DNA of 64,000 nucleotides from Candidatus Collierbacteria bacterium (GTDB lineage Bacteria; Patescibacteriota; Microgenomatia; UBA1400; JACPES01): NCBI GenBank assembly GCA_016219325.1, contig JACRNH010000003.1, positions 45,123 to 109,122 of the forward strand, read 5' to 3'. Shown piece by piece: positions 41,170 to 50,399 of this stretch (position 1 is its first letter; each line of letters starts with the position of its first letter). The notes under the pieces were generated by a model. It saw only the letters and a program-made list of their open reading frames with translations, ran no database searches and was not told where the DNA came from. The position numbers and the translations under genes were made by a program.

Positions 41170-43476
41170 ATGCCCGAGAAACTTCCGCTGGTTATTGATT
41201 TTAAGAAAGTTGATAAAGACGATATTCTCTTGGTCGGGGGTAAAGGCGCCAATTTAGGAGAAATGACCAAGGCCGGATTTCCGGTTCCGCCGGGATTTGT
41301 AGTTACTTCCGCTTCGTATTGGAAGTTTTTGGCAGACAATCATTTAAGGACTAAAATTTCTGAATTGCTGAAAAGTCTGGATGTCAGGAAATCTGATGAA
41401 TTGGCCCGGGTCAGCCGTCAAATTAAAGAAATGATCGTTCACAGTCCGATTCCGGAAGAAGTTTCCCAAAAAATAATTAAGTCATATTTGGAATTGGGAA
41501 ATAATGCTTTGGTGGCGGTCAGATCATCGGCTACGGCAGAAGATCTCCCGGATGCCAGTTTCGCCGGCCAGCAGGATTCATTTTTGAATGTTGTCGGCGA
41601 ATCGAATGTAGTTGATTTTGTCAGAAAAGCCTGGGCCAGCTTATTTAATCCCAGGGCGATTTTTTATAGGGAACAGAAAAACTTTGACCATTTTAAGGTT
41701 GGGATCGCGGTTCCGGTCCAGAAAATGATTCAGTCGGAAGTTTCCGGAGTGATGTTCACCATCAATCCGGTAAGTCAGGATAAGTCGTCAGTTGTAATTG
41801 AAGCAATTTTCGGTTTGGGGGAAATGATTGTTCAGGGGGCAGTTACTCCAGACCATTATGAGGTTCTAAAGAGGAATTTGGAAATCGTCAAAAAGTCAGT
41901 TAACCGCCAAACAAAAATAATGATTAAGACGATCAAAGACCATGCGGCAGGTAATGAAGTTAAATCTCTACCGGCCTGGAAGCAAACCACCCAAAAACTT
42001 CAGGATAAATATATTGTTGAAGTGGCTAAATTGGGAATGGATTTATATCAACATTATTTTTTCCCCCAAGACGTGGAATGGGCCTTGGAAAAAGGCAAAA
42101 TTTATATTATCCAGACCCGGCCGATTACGACGCTTGATAATAAAATTTACTCGGAGGAGAGCGGGAAAATTGCCACTAAGGGGTTAACAAAAATTTTAAG
42201 CGGCGAACCGGCCAGTCCGGGATTGGTTTCCGGTCCGGTCAGGCTGATTAAATCAGTTAAGGAAATTCATAATGTTAAACCCGGAGATATTTTAGTCATG
42301 GAAATGACCAGTCCGGATTTTGTGCCGGCGATGCGCAAAGCCGTAGCTGTGGTTACCGATCAGGGCGGCCAAACATCTCATGCCGCGATTGTCAGCCGGG
42401 AATTGGGAGTTGTTTGCGTAGTCGGAACCCAAATTGCCACCAAGAAATTAAAAAGCGGTTCGATAGTAACTGTGAATGGTGTTAGCGGGGAAGTGTTTGC
42501 CGGAGGAATAAGTAATAAGCCAATAACCCAATACTCCAATAAGCCAATAACCCAATCAGAAGAGATATCAGAAAAAATTAAATTTGATACTTTAAAAACT
42601 GCCACCAAGGTTTATGTTAATCTGGCCGAGCCGGAATTGGCCGAAAAGATCGCGGCCGAAAATGTGGATGGAATAGGATTATTAAGAGCCGAATTTATGA
42701 TTGCCCAAATCGGAGTTCACCCCAAAAAATTTATTCAGGACAAGAAAACCCATGAATTTGTCGCTGCTTTAAAAACTGATCTGACAAAATTTGTTGAGGC
42801 TTTTTATCCCCGGCCGGTAGTTTACCGGGCCACGGATTTCAGAACCAATGAATACCGGAATTTGAAAGGCGGGGACCGTTTCGAGCCGATTGAGCCGAAC
42901 CCGATGTTGGGTTTCCGGGGAGCGTCAAGATATATTACCGATTCCGAGGTTTTTGAATTGGAATTAAAAGCCATCAGGGAAGTCAGGGAAAAATTCCCGA
43001 ATTTGCATCTGATGATTCCGTTTGTCAGAAACGTTAATGAGTTGAAAGAAGTTAAAAAAATTGTTTACGGAACGGGCTTGCGCCGGAACCAGAATTTTCA
43101 ATTTTGGATGATGGCAGAACTGCCGGTCAACGTGATTTTAATTGATGATTTTATTGACGTTGGAATTGACGGGATTTCCATTGGAACCAATGATTTGACA
43201 ATGTTAACTTTGGGAACTGACCGCGACAACGAAACTGTGGCCAAGGCTTATGACGAATTAAACTCGGCGGTACTCTGGTCATTGGAACGGTTGATTACGA
43301 CTGCGACCAAAAGAGGCGTTACCAGTTCCATCTGCGGACAGGCCCCGAGCATTTATCCGGAGCTGGTGGAAAAATTGGTTAAATGGGGGATTACCAGCGT
43401 TTCCATCGCTCCCGATAGAATTAATCCTACCAGGAAATTAGTTTATGAAGCGGAAAGGAAAAATTTATGTCATTAA
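41170..43476 (+). CDS. ppsA: Phosphoenolpyruvate synthase / pyruvate,water dikinase-like PEP-utilizing enzyme
   Basis: N-terminal ATP-grasp (GGKGANLGEM...PPGFVVTS), phospho-His swivel domain (GGQTSHAAIVSRELG) and C-terminal PEP-binding TIM barrel. There is an in-frame 21-bp tandem duplication at 42511-42560 (SNKPITQYSNKPITQ). Confidence 0.8.
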   Translation: MPEKLPLVIDFKKVDKDDILLVGGKGANLGEMTKAGFPVPPGFVVTSASYWKFLADNHLRTKISELLKSLDVRKSDELARVSRQIKEMIVHSPIPEEVSQKIIKSYLELGNNALVAVRSSATAEDLPDASFAGQQDSFLNVVGESNVVDFVRKAWASLFNPRAIFYREQKNFDHFKVGIAVPVQKMIQSEVSGVMFTINPVSQDKSSVVIEAIFGLGEMIVQGAVTPDHYEVLKRNLEIVKKSVNRQTKIMIKTIKDHAAGNEVKSLPAWKQTTQKLQDKYIVEVAKLGMDLYQHYFFPQDVEWALEKGKIYIIQTRPITTLDNKIYSEESGKIATKGLTKILSGEPASPGLVSGPVRLIKSVKEIHNVKPGDILVMEMTSPDFVPAMRKAVAVVTDQGGQTSHAAIVSRELGVVCVVGTQIATKKLKSGSIVTVNGVSGEVFAGGISNKPITQYSNKPITQSEEISEKIKFDTLKTATKVYVNLAEPELAEKIAAENVDGIGLLRAEFMIAQIGVHPKKFIQDKKTHEFVAALKTDLTKFVEAFYPRPVVYRATDFRTNEYRNLKGGDRFEPIEPNPMLGFRGASRYITDSEVFELELKAIREVREKFPNLHLMIPFVRNVNELKEVKKIVYGTGLRRNQNFQFWMMAELPVNVILIDDFIDVGIDGISIGTNDLTMLTLGTDRDNETVAKAYDELNSAVLWSLERLITTATKRGVTSSICGQAPSIYPELVEKLVKWGITSVSIAPDRINPTRKLVYEAERKNLCH

Positions 43477-44717
43477 TCAAATCCATCCAGGCCCGCCAGA
43501 TTCTTGATTCCCGCGGAATCCCGACGGTTGAAGCATTACTAACCGCAGATGACGGTTATTCGGCAATTGCTTCAATCCCATCAGGGACCTCAACCGGTTC
43601 TCATGAAGCCAAGGAATTAAGAGACGCGGATCCTTTGGTTTATCAGGGATCAGGAGTATTAAAAGCAGTTGAGAATATCAACAGAATTTTAGCTCCGGCT
43701 TTAATTGGCAAGGATCCGACTAGGCAAACCGAGATTGATCAAATATTGATTGATCTTGATGGAACCGCTGATAAAAACCGTTTAGGAGCGAACGCGATTT
43801 TGGCTGCCTCACAGGGAGTTTGTGAACTGGGGGCTGCAGTAACGGGTTATCCGACTTATAAATATTTGCACTTGAAATACCGGCTGTCCGAAAGATTGGA
43901 TATGCCAACTCCGATTTTTAATGTCATCAACGGCGGCAAGCACGGGACCGGCAATCTGGACTTTCAGGAATTCCACGTAATTCCGGCCACAAATAAAACT
44001 TATAGCCAAGCTTTGGAGTGCGGAGAAGTAATTTATCAGATATTAGGTGACGTTTTGGCCCATCGCGGAGCCATCAGATCTGTTGGAGTTGAAGGCGGAT
44101 ACGCTCCGAATTTATTTACCAACACCGAGGCTCTGGAATTGATTTTTGAGTCCGTCAGGCAATCCGGATTTGAATTTGCCCGGGATGTGTTTTTGGGACT
44201 GGATGTAGCGGCAACATCATTTTATAACGGTCATTCATACGCTATCCGGGATAAGTCTCAAGCGCTGTCCAGATCGGAACTTTTGGAATTCTACCGGGAA
44301 ATAAATGATAAATTTCATCTTTTTGGATTGGAAGATCCGTTTGCCGAAGATGATCTTGAAGGCTGGAAACAAATTACGGCTGCTATGGCCCGGCAGACAA
44401 TTATTATCGGAGACGATTTATTAACAACCAATAAACAGAGAACTAAGGATGCCGTTGATAAACAATTATGTACCGGAATTTTAGTTAAACCCAATCAAAT
44501 TGGGACAATCTCCGAAACAATAGAAGTCATCAAAATAGCTTTGGCGGCGAAGTGGCATATCGTGGTGTCGCACCGGTCGGGAGAAACAAATGACGATTTT
44601 ATCGCTGATTTCGCGGTTGGTGTTAACGCTAATCATGTTAAATTCGGGGCGCCGGCAAGAGGGGAAAGAGTGGCGAAGTACAATAGGTTGCTGCAAATAG
44701 AAGAGGAGCTTAAATAG
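43467..44717 (+). CDS. eno: Enolase
   Basis: N-terminal QARQILDSRGIPTVEA and the conserved enolase metal- and substrate-binding core. Confidence 0.9.
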   Translation: MSLIKSIQARQILDSRGIPTVEALLTADDGYSAIASIPSGTSTGSHEAKELRDADPLVYQGSGVLKAVENINRILAPALIGKDPTRQTEIDQILIDLDGTADKNRLGANAILAASQGVCELGAAVTGYPTYKYLHLKYRLSERLDMPTPIFNVINGGKHGTGNLDFQEFHVIPATNKTYSQALECGEVIYQILGDVLAHRGAIRSVGVEGGYAPNLFTNTEALELIFESVRQSGFEFARDVFLGLDVAATSFYNGHSYAIRDKSQALSRSELLEFYREINDKFHLFGLEDPFAEDDLEGWKQITAAMARQTIIIGDDLLTTNKQRTKDAVDKQLCTGILVKPNQIGTISETIEVIKIALAAKWHIVVSHRSGETNDDFIADFAVGVNANHVKFGAPARGERVAKYNRLLQIEEELK

Positions 44718-44797
44718 AATGAGTAATGAGTAGAAAGTAGAAAGTAATGAAAATAATCAGTTGCCATTACTCATTATTTTCTACTCATTATTTCTTA
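44718..44797. terminator. AATGAGTAG/AAAGTA-family inverted-repeat hairpin after eno
   Basis: AATGAGTAATGAGTAGAAAGTAGAAAGTAATGAAAATAAT ... ATTACTCATTATTTTCTACTCATTATTTC, followed by a T-rich run. Confidence 0.6.
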
Positions 44798-44807
44798 TTT
44801 ATAAACA

Positions 44808-46430
44808 ATGAATCGTCCTGTAGTTCTAGTCATTCTCGACGGCTGGGGAATCGGATCTCCGGGTCCGGGAAATGCCATAACTTTGGCCAATACTCCGGCT
44901 ATAAATAAACTGAAAGCCGGTTTTCCGTCAACCCAGTTGGCCGCGGCCGGAGAATCGGTTGGTTTGCCTCACGGCGAAGACGGAAATACCGAAACCGGCC
45001 ATTTAAATCTGGGAGCCGGCCAAATTGTTTATCAGGATTTGCCGCGGATAAATATGGCTATAGCTGACGGAACTTTTTTTAATAATTCTGCTTTCTTAAA
45101 CGCGGTTGAACATATCCAGAGAACTAAAGGCGATCTTCATTTTCTGGGGCTGGTTGGCTCAGGGGGAGTTCATAGCAATATAGAACACCTGTATGCTTTG
45201 ATGAGGTTTGCCAAGCAAAACGGAATAGGACAAGTTTACTTGCATTTAATTACGGATGGCCGTGATTCTCCGCCGACTTCAGCCTTGACTTATATTGCCC
45301 AAATTAAGCAGCATATAGGATCGGTGGGAGTTGGACAAATTGTGAGCGTAATGGGCAGATATTGGGCTATGGACCGTGATCACCGCTGGGAGAGAACTGC
45401 TGTGGCTTATAAAGCGTTGACTAAAGGCGAAGCAGAAAAAGCATTTTCGCCGGAAGAAGCAATAAAAAATTCATATGCCGCCGGCAAAACCGATGAGTTT
45501 ATAGGCCCGACTATAATTGTTGATGAATCAAATAATCCGATTACGTTGATAAAAGGGAACGACGCCGTGATTTTCTTTAATTTCAGGATTGACCGTCCCC
45601 GTCAATTAACCAAAGCTTTTGTCCTGCAGAATTTTCAGAAGGAAGCAGCCAAAGAAGAATTTGATCCGTTCGCAGTTAAGTATCACCAAAAACATTTGAT
45701 GGATAAACAACCGGAGGCATCGCTTTTTGAGCGCGGAAACCAGTTGCAGAATCTATATTTTGTGACCATGACTAGGTATGAAGAGAATTTAGCAGTGGAT
45801 GTGGCATTTCCGCCGCAATTTATCCCTATGCCTCTGGGCAGAGTCCTCTCTGAAAAAGGCTTGAGGCAGTTGAGATTGGCAGAAACCGAAAAAGAAAGGT
45901 TTGTGACATATTATTTTAATGGTCAAAGGGAAACTGCCTTTGACGGAGAAGACCGGCAGATGGTGGAAAGTCCAAAAGTGGCAACCTATGATCTGAAACC
46001 GGAAATGTCAACTCCGGAACTTTCCGACATGTTGAGGAAAAAAATCCGCAGCGGTATTTATGATTTTATTTTAGTTAACGTGGCCTGTCCGGACATGGTT
46101 GCTCATACCGGGAATCTTGAGGCGTCAATTAAAGCTTGTGAAGCGGCGGATAAATTTGTGGATATTGCCCTTCAGGAGACTTTGGGGGCCGACGGAGTTT
46201 TGTTGGTGACTGCCGATCACGGCAATGCCGAGGAGTTGATAAATTCGATTACAAATCAGCCGGATACGGAACATTCCGTCTCGGATGTTCCATTATATAT
46301 TGCCGGCCGTCAATATCAGGGAAAACCGGCCAGACTTCAATCCGGGATTTTAGCTGATGTAGCCCCGACTATTTTAAAAATAATGGGAATCGAAAAACCG
46401 CAGTCCATGAATGGAAGGAGCCTGTTGTAA
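44808..46430 (+). CDS. gpmI: 2,3-bisphosphoglycerate-independent phosphoglycerate mutase
   Basis: VVLVILDGWG N-terminus and the alkaline-phosphatase-like metal-binding core (TADHGN). Confidence 0.9.
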   Translation: MNRPVVLVILDGWGIGSPGPGNAITLANTPAINKLKAGFPSTQLAAAGESVGLPHGEDGNTETGHLNLGAGQIVYQDLPRINMAIADGTFFNNSAFLNAVEHIQRTKGDLHFLGLVGSGGVHSNIEHLYALMRFAKQNGIGQVYLHLITDGRDSPPTSALTYIAQIKQHIGSVGVGQIVSVMGRYWAMDRDHRWERTAVAYKALTKGEAEKAFSPEEAIKNSYAAGKTDEFIGPTIIVDESNNPITLIKGNDAVIFFNFRIDRPRQLTKAFVLQNFQKEAAKEEFDPFAVKYHQKHLMDKQPEASLFERGNQLQNLYFVTMTRYEENLAVDVAFPPQFIPMPLGRVLSEKGLRQLRLAETEKERFVTYYFNGQRETAFDGEDRQMVESPKVATYDLKPEMSTPELSDMLRKKIRSGIYDFILVNVACPDMVAHTGNLEASIKACEAADKFVDIALQETLGADGVLLVTADHGNAEELINSITNQPDTEHSVSDVPLYIAGRQYQGKPARLQSGILADVAPTILKIMGIEKPQSMNGRSLL

Positions 46431-48146
46431 ATGACAACTTCAATTCCCAAAATCACCGTCAAGGATAAACAGCTTAAGTTTAAGCCGAATGTGGCGAATT
46501 ACGAAGCAGCATACCGGGATTACAATCTAAATAAGCTGATCAAAGATAATATTGTTTTATTCCCGGAAAATAAAATTAATGCTGCTTATAATGCTGTTGA
46601 CCGCCAGATCTTAGGTCCAAGGAAGAATAAAATTGCTTTATATCTTCTCGATCAGGAATTAAAAGAAACAAAACTGACTTTTTTTGAGCTTTATCAATTG
46701 TCCAACCGATTTGGAAATCTATTGAAATCGTTAGGGGTTGGCCGCGGCGACAGGGTATTTTTCTTTCTACCCAGAATTCCGGAACTTTTCTATGGATTTT
46801 TAGGGACATTGAAAGTCGGAGCTGTGGCCGGAACCATGTTTTCGGCTTTTGGAGTTCAGGCCTTAATTGACAGGTTAGCAGATAGCGCTGCCAAAGTTGT
46901 CGTCACCAATAAAGAATTATTGCCGAGAATAAAAGATGCCAAAAAGAATTTGCCGAAATTAGAGAAAATATTGGTAGTTGAAGATTTTGTCCCGGAATTG
47001 TCAAAGTTTTCCGATGAACTTCATGTGGCGCGAATGGATATAGACGATCCGGCGTTTATGCTTTATACATCCGGAACTACCGGCAAACCTAAGGGTGTAG
47101 TCCATTCACACAGGGCGATTATTCAGGAGCATCTGACATCAAAATGGGTTTTGGACTTAAAAGAAGACGACACCTATTGGTGCACCGCCGACCCCGGCTG
47201 GGTTACCGGTATTGCTTACGAAATTTTGGGATCGTTAAGTAACGGCGCGGCAACGGTGGTTTATTCCGGGCGGTTCGATCCGGCTACCTGGTACAAAATA
47301 ATTGAGAAATATAGAGTATCCGTGTGGTATACGGCTCCGACAGCCATCAGAATGCTTCAGGCCGCCGGGAAAGAGGCGATTGCCAAAACGGATTTATCAT
47401 CCCTGCGGCACATTTTAAGTGTCGGTGAGCCGCTGAACCCGGAGCCTTTATTGTGGGCTAAAAAAACGTACGGTTTGGCGTTTCATGACACTTGGTGGCA
47501 GACAGAGACAGGAGCAATTATGATTGCCAATTTCCCTTGTCTGCCGATAAAGCCCGGATCAATGGGCCATCCGGTTCCCGGAGTAACCGCAGCCATCGTT
47601 GACGATAACGGAAAGCCTGTTAAACCTATGATAGAAGGCAATTTGGCAATTAAGAAGGGTTGGCCGTCAATGATGAAGACGATCTGGCGCCGGCCAAAAA
47701 AATATGAATCGTATTTTATCGGGGAATGGTATATTTCCGGCGATCGGGGATATATGGATTACGACAGTTATTTTTGGTTTGTGGGGCGGGCTGACGATGT
47801 GATTAAAACCGCGGGGGAAAGAGTCGGTCCGTTTGAAGTGGAATCGGCCTTGGTGGCTTATCCCGGAGTTACGGAAGCCGGAGTTATCGGTAAGCCTGAT
47901 CCGATTCGGGGACAGATTATTAAAGCCTTTGTGACATTAAATAAAGATGTTAAACCATCCCAAGCTTTGGTGGTTAAGCTTCAGGAATTTGTCAAAAAAT
48001 ATCTGGCCGGCCACGCGTATCCTAAAGAAATTGAATTTGTTAAATCTTTGCCAAAAACCCGTTCCGGCAAAATCATGCGCCGGATGTTAAGGGCAAAAGA
48101 ACTTGGGCTTCCGATCGGAGACACTTCAACTTTAGAAGAATATTAG
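46431..48146 (+). CDS. AMP-forming acyl-CoA synthetase (Acs-like)
   Basis: AMP-binding motif (YTSGTTGKPKGV) and the C-terminal conserved Lys region (SGKIMRR). Confidence 0.8.
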   Translation: MTTSIPKITVKDKQLKFKPNVANYEAAYRDYNLNKLIKDNIVLFPENKINAAYNAVDRQILGPRKNKIALYLLDQELKETKLTFFELYQLSNRFGNLLKSLGVGRGDRVFFFLPRIPELFYGFLGTLKVGAVAGTMFSAFGVQALIDRLADSAAKVVVTNKELLPRIKDAKKNLPKLEKILVVEDFVPELSKFSDELHVARMDIDDPAFMLYTSGTTGKPKGVVHSHRAIIQEHLTSKWVLDLKEDDTYWCTADPGWVTGIAYEILGSLSNGAATVVYSGRFDPATWYKIIEKYRVSVWYTAPTAIRMLQAAGKEAIAKTDLSSLRHILSVGEPLNPEPLLWAKKTYGLAFHDTWWQTETGAIMIANFPCLPIKPGSMGHPVPGVTAAIVDDNGKPVKPMIEGNLAIKKGWPSMMKTIWRRPKKYESYFIGEWYISGDRGYMDYDSYFWFVGRADDVIKTAGERVGPFEVESALVAYPGVTEAGVIGKPDPIRGQIIKAFVTLNKDVKPSQALVVKLQEFVKKYLAGHAYPKEIEFVKSLPKTRSGKIMRRMLRAKELGLPIGDTSTLEEY

Positions 48147-48153
48147 ATTTATT

Positions 48154-48354
48154 TCAGCGGGACAACTCGTCTAACAGAACAAGTCCCATTTGACTATCAA
48201 TTGAATCGACGGCTCTGCGTATAGCAGCTATATCGTCTTTTCCATCTGTAAGTTCTCCTGCGGCAATCACTCTTTCTCCCCAAATAGTGGATAAAGGAAT
48301 TGCTCCAATAATTTGAGATCTTCCTTTTTTACCACAGCAAGGCTCTTTTTGCAA
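48154..48354 (-). CDS. small hypothetical ORF (TTG start)
   Basis: A 66-aa ORF bounded by an immediate upstream stop. No motif recognized. It lies downstream of the operator-like inverted repeats. Confidence 0.2.
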   Translation of the reverse strand: MQKEPCCGKKGRSQIIGAIPLSTIWGERVIAAGELTDGKDDIAAIRRAVDSIDSQMGLVLLDELSR

Positions 48355-48452
48355 AATTTAATTTAACTGTCTGCGCGTGAAGTTCCCGAAACTTAACAAC
48401 GCTAACAACGATAGAAGTTATTCCCTAGATTATTCATATTGGTTATAAAAGA

Positions 48453-48494
48453 TTTGTTAATACTTTGTTACGATCGTGAGGAAGTATTAACAAA
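48453..48494. promoter_or_regulatory. Operator-like inverted repeat TTTGTTAATACTT-N16-AAGTATTAACAAA
   Basis: Perfect 13-bp arms at 48453-48465 and 48482-48494. Confidence 0.5.
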
Positions 48495-48505
48495 TGGTTT
48501 GATTG

Positions 48506-48543
48506 TGTCAATACTCTATTACTGGAGTGCAAAAGTATTGACA
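48506..48543. promoter_or_regulatory. Second operator-like inverted repeat TGTCAATACT-N18-AGTATTGACA
   Basis: Perfect 10-bp arms. It shares the AATACT/AGTATT core with the first inverted repeat. Confidence 0.5.
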
Positions 48544-48621
48544 ATTTTATAGGTTTTTGTTTGGAATAAAGCAGAGTGCATATTTTTGCATACTCTTAAA
48601 CATTCAGATATCGAATATTTA

Positions 48622-49257
48622 TTATATTTTAAAGTTTTCAACTTGTTTAAAAATCCGTTCAACCCCAGAAGGAATAGCAAACATGGAATTCAATAAATCA
48701 TTTCCTTTAGTTACATCCAGGAGATCACTTACTAATCTTCCGGATTTTCTCTCAAGCTTCTTAAGAAAAAAATTCAAGCGTTCATTTCCTGCCTCTTTTA
48801 TTCTTTCATATCTTTCAATTGCTGCATTTCTATTTATCCTATTTTCTTCATATTCGGTTGAGACGGTTTTCCAAATTGCTGACACCAGGAATTTTTTGGA
48901 TTCTGAACAACTGGTAGACTCCGCAGAATCTCTTTCTTTACCTATAGCGTTGTCCCGAAAAACCAAATAGCTGTCCAATTGACTTTGAGTAAATCCCAGT
49001 TCGTTCATAACGCGGGATTTTTCTTTCTGAGATAAACCGCCATCTAATCTATTCCACGATGGGATATTCAGCACTTCAATTAAATAATCAAAACCATATC
49101 TTCCTAAACTCATATTTAACTCTTTAATTAAAATGGATTGACCGTTGGAATTGTATAAACCTATTCTTTTCGAGATATCACCAGAAAACCAGTCAGAAGC
49201 ATTAGCCTTTAATTTCTCTGTCAGATTTATTTCAATTGTTTGTTGTATTTCACTCAT
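48622..49257 (-). CDS. hypothetical protein (211 aa)
   Basis: Coding-like composition but no recognizable domain. It is co-directional and tightly packed with the two upstream minus-strand genes. Confidence 0.45.
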   Translation of the reverse strand: MSEIQQTIEINLTEKLKANASDWFSGDISKRIGLYNSNGQSILIKELNMSLGRYGFDYLIEVLNIPSWNRLDGGLSQKEKSRVMNELGFTQSQLDSYLVFRDNAIGKERDSAESTSCSESKKFLVSAIWKTVSTEYEENRINRNAAIERYERIKEAGNERLNFFLKKLERKSGRLVSDLLDVTKGNDLLNSMFAIPSGVERIFKQVENFKI

Positions 49258-49301
49258 AACTTTTTATTCAAGAATTTGTTTTCCGAGTATAAGGTAAAAA
49301 C

Positions 49302-49604
49302 TTACGAAACAGATATTAATTGTTGTTCGACTTTTTCAATTCTATCTTCCAAATTAGAAATATCAGCGTGAGACGGCGTCAGAATTTGTTCTTGACGAAT
49401 TGTTTCTAATTCTTTCATCATTTTATCCATAGACATGAAAAAATCATCTTTTCCCAGAAATTTCCGTTCCAATCTATCTATGGCCTCCAGGAATTCACCT
49501 TTTGTGATAAAAATACTGGTTAATCTATCTATAGTTTTCAGGAATTCATCTTTTGTTAGAAAATTTTTCTTTAGCTTGGAGATATCGCCGGAAGTCAATA
49601 GCAT
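49302..49604 (-). CDS. Tandem-repeat coiled-coil protein (three ~17-aa repeats TK(D/G)EFLxxIDRLxxxF)
   Basis: Repeats LTKDEFLKTIDRLTSIF / ITKGEFLEAIDRLERKF / LGKDDFFMSMDKMMKEL are encoded by a ~51-nt tandem DNA repeat. The C-terminus is a coiled coil. Confidence 0.5.
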   Translation of the reverse strand: MLLTSGDISKLKKNFLTKDEFLKTIDRLTSIFITKGEFLEAIDRLERKFLGKDDFFMSMDKMMKELETIRQEQILTPSHADISNLEDRIEKVEQQLISVS

Positions 49605-49612
49605 ATTTCTAT

Positions 49613-50326
49613 CTAACCATTATCGGCAGGCGGTGTCAATACTAAAGTAAACTCACCTTTTAATCTCACTTTGTCTTCATTCAACCAAGAAATAACTTCT
49701 TCAGGAGTGCCGTTTTTGTGCTCTTCAAACATTTTCGTCATTTCGCGGGCAAGGCTGATTTTAACTTCCGGGCCAAAAATTTCAGCCACATTTTCAAGAG
49801 TTTTCAATATCTGATATTTGGAAACATAAACTACAATGCCCACCGGTTCATCGAGAGCCAAACCGGCATCTTTAAGTTTTGCCAACGAATTTTTTTGAGC
49901 GCCGGATTTCTTAGGCAAGAATCCGGCCAGAATTAATCTTTTGGTTGACAATCCACTGGTGACGGCGGCTGACAGGGCGGCGTTGAAGCCCGGGACATGC
50001 TTGACAGTAATTTCAGAAGTTACGGCTATCTCAACCAAAGCTAAGCCGGGGTCGCTGATCAGGGGTGTCCCGGCATTACAAACCAGGCTGATGTCTCTTC
50101 CGGCTTTTAAATCTTCAATTGCTTGGGCCATAACAGTTGTTCCCAAACTACCCTTTCCGATGAATTTCTTGAGCCTAGCCGTAGAAGTAAGTCTTCTGGT
50201 TTGTTCGGTTGACTCGCACAGAATGTAAGCCGATGATTCCAACGTTTGTTTGGCTCTTGGAGCCAAATCATCTAAATTGCCAATCGGGGTGGAGACTATA
50301 TATAGTGTGCCGGTAGACGAAAGCAT
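49613..50326 (-). CDS. rsmI: 16S rRNA (cytidine1402-2'-O)-methyltransferase RsmI (tetrapyrrole methylase fold)
   Basis: GTLYIVSTPIGNLDDLAPRA start motif and the TP-methylase fold. ATG 50326 is preferred over the ORF-track start at 50419, which would overlap the divergent oxidoreductase gene. Confidence 0.75.
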   Translation of the reverse strand: MLSSTGTLYIVSTPIGNLDDLAPRAKQTLESSAYILCESTEQTRRLTSTARLKKFIGKGSLGTTVMAQAIEDLKAGRDISLVCNAGTPLISDPGLALVEIAVTSEITVKHVPGFNAALSAAVTSGLSTKRLILAGFLPKKSGAQKNSLAKLKDAGLALDEPVGIVVYVSKYQILKTLENVAEIFGPEVKISLAREMTKMFEEHKNGTPEEVISWLNEDKVRLKGEFTLVLTPPADNG

Positions 50327-50399
50327 GAAGTTATTATATATTGAAAGTAAGGAAGTCAGCGAAACAGAATCTGTTGACAGAAGTTTCGCAGACTTTAAT

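Noticed and set aside
48557-48970. Plus-strand ORF 48557..48970 (137 aa)
   Set aside because: It overlaps the better-supported minus-strand 211-aa gene and starts inside the inverted-repeat regulatory region. Its composition is non-coding-like.
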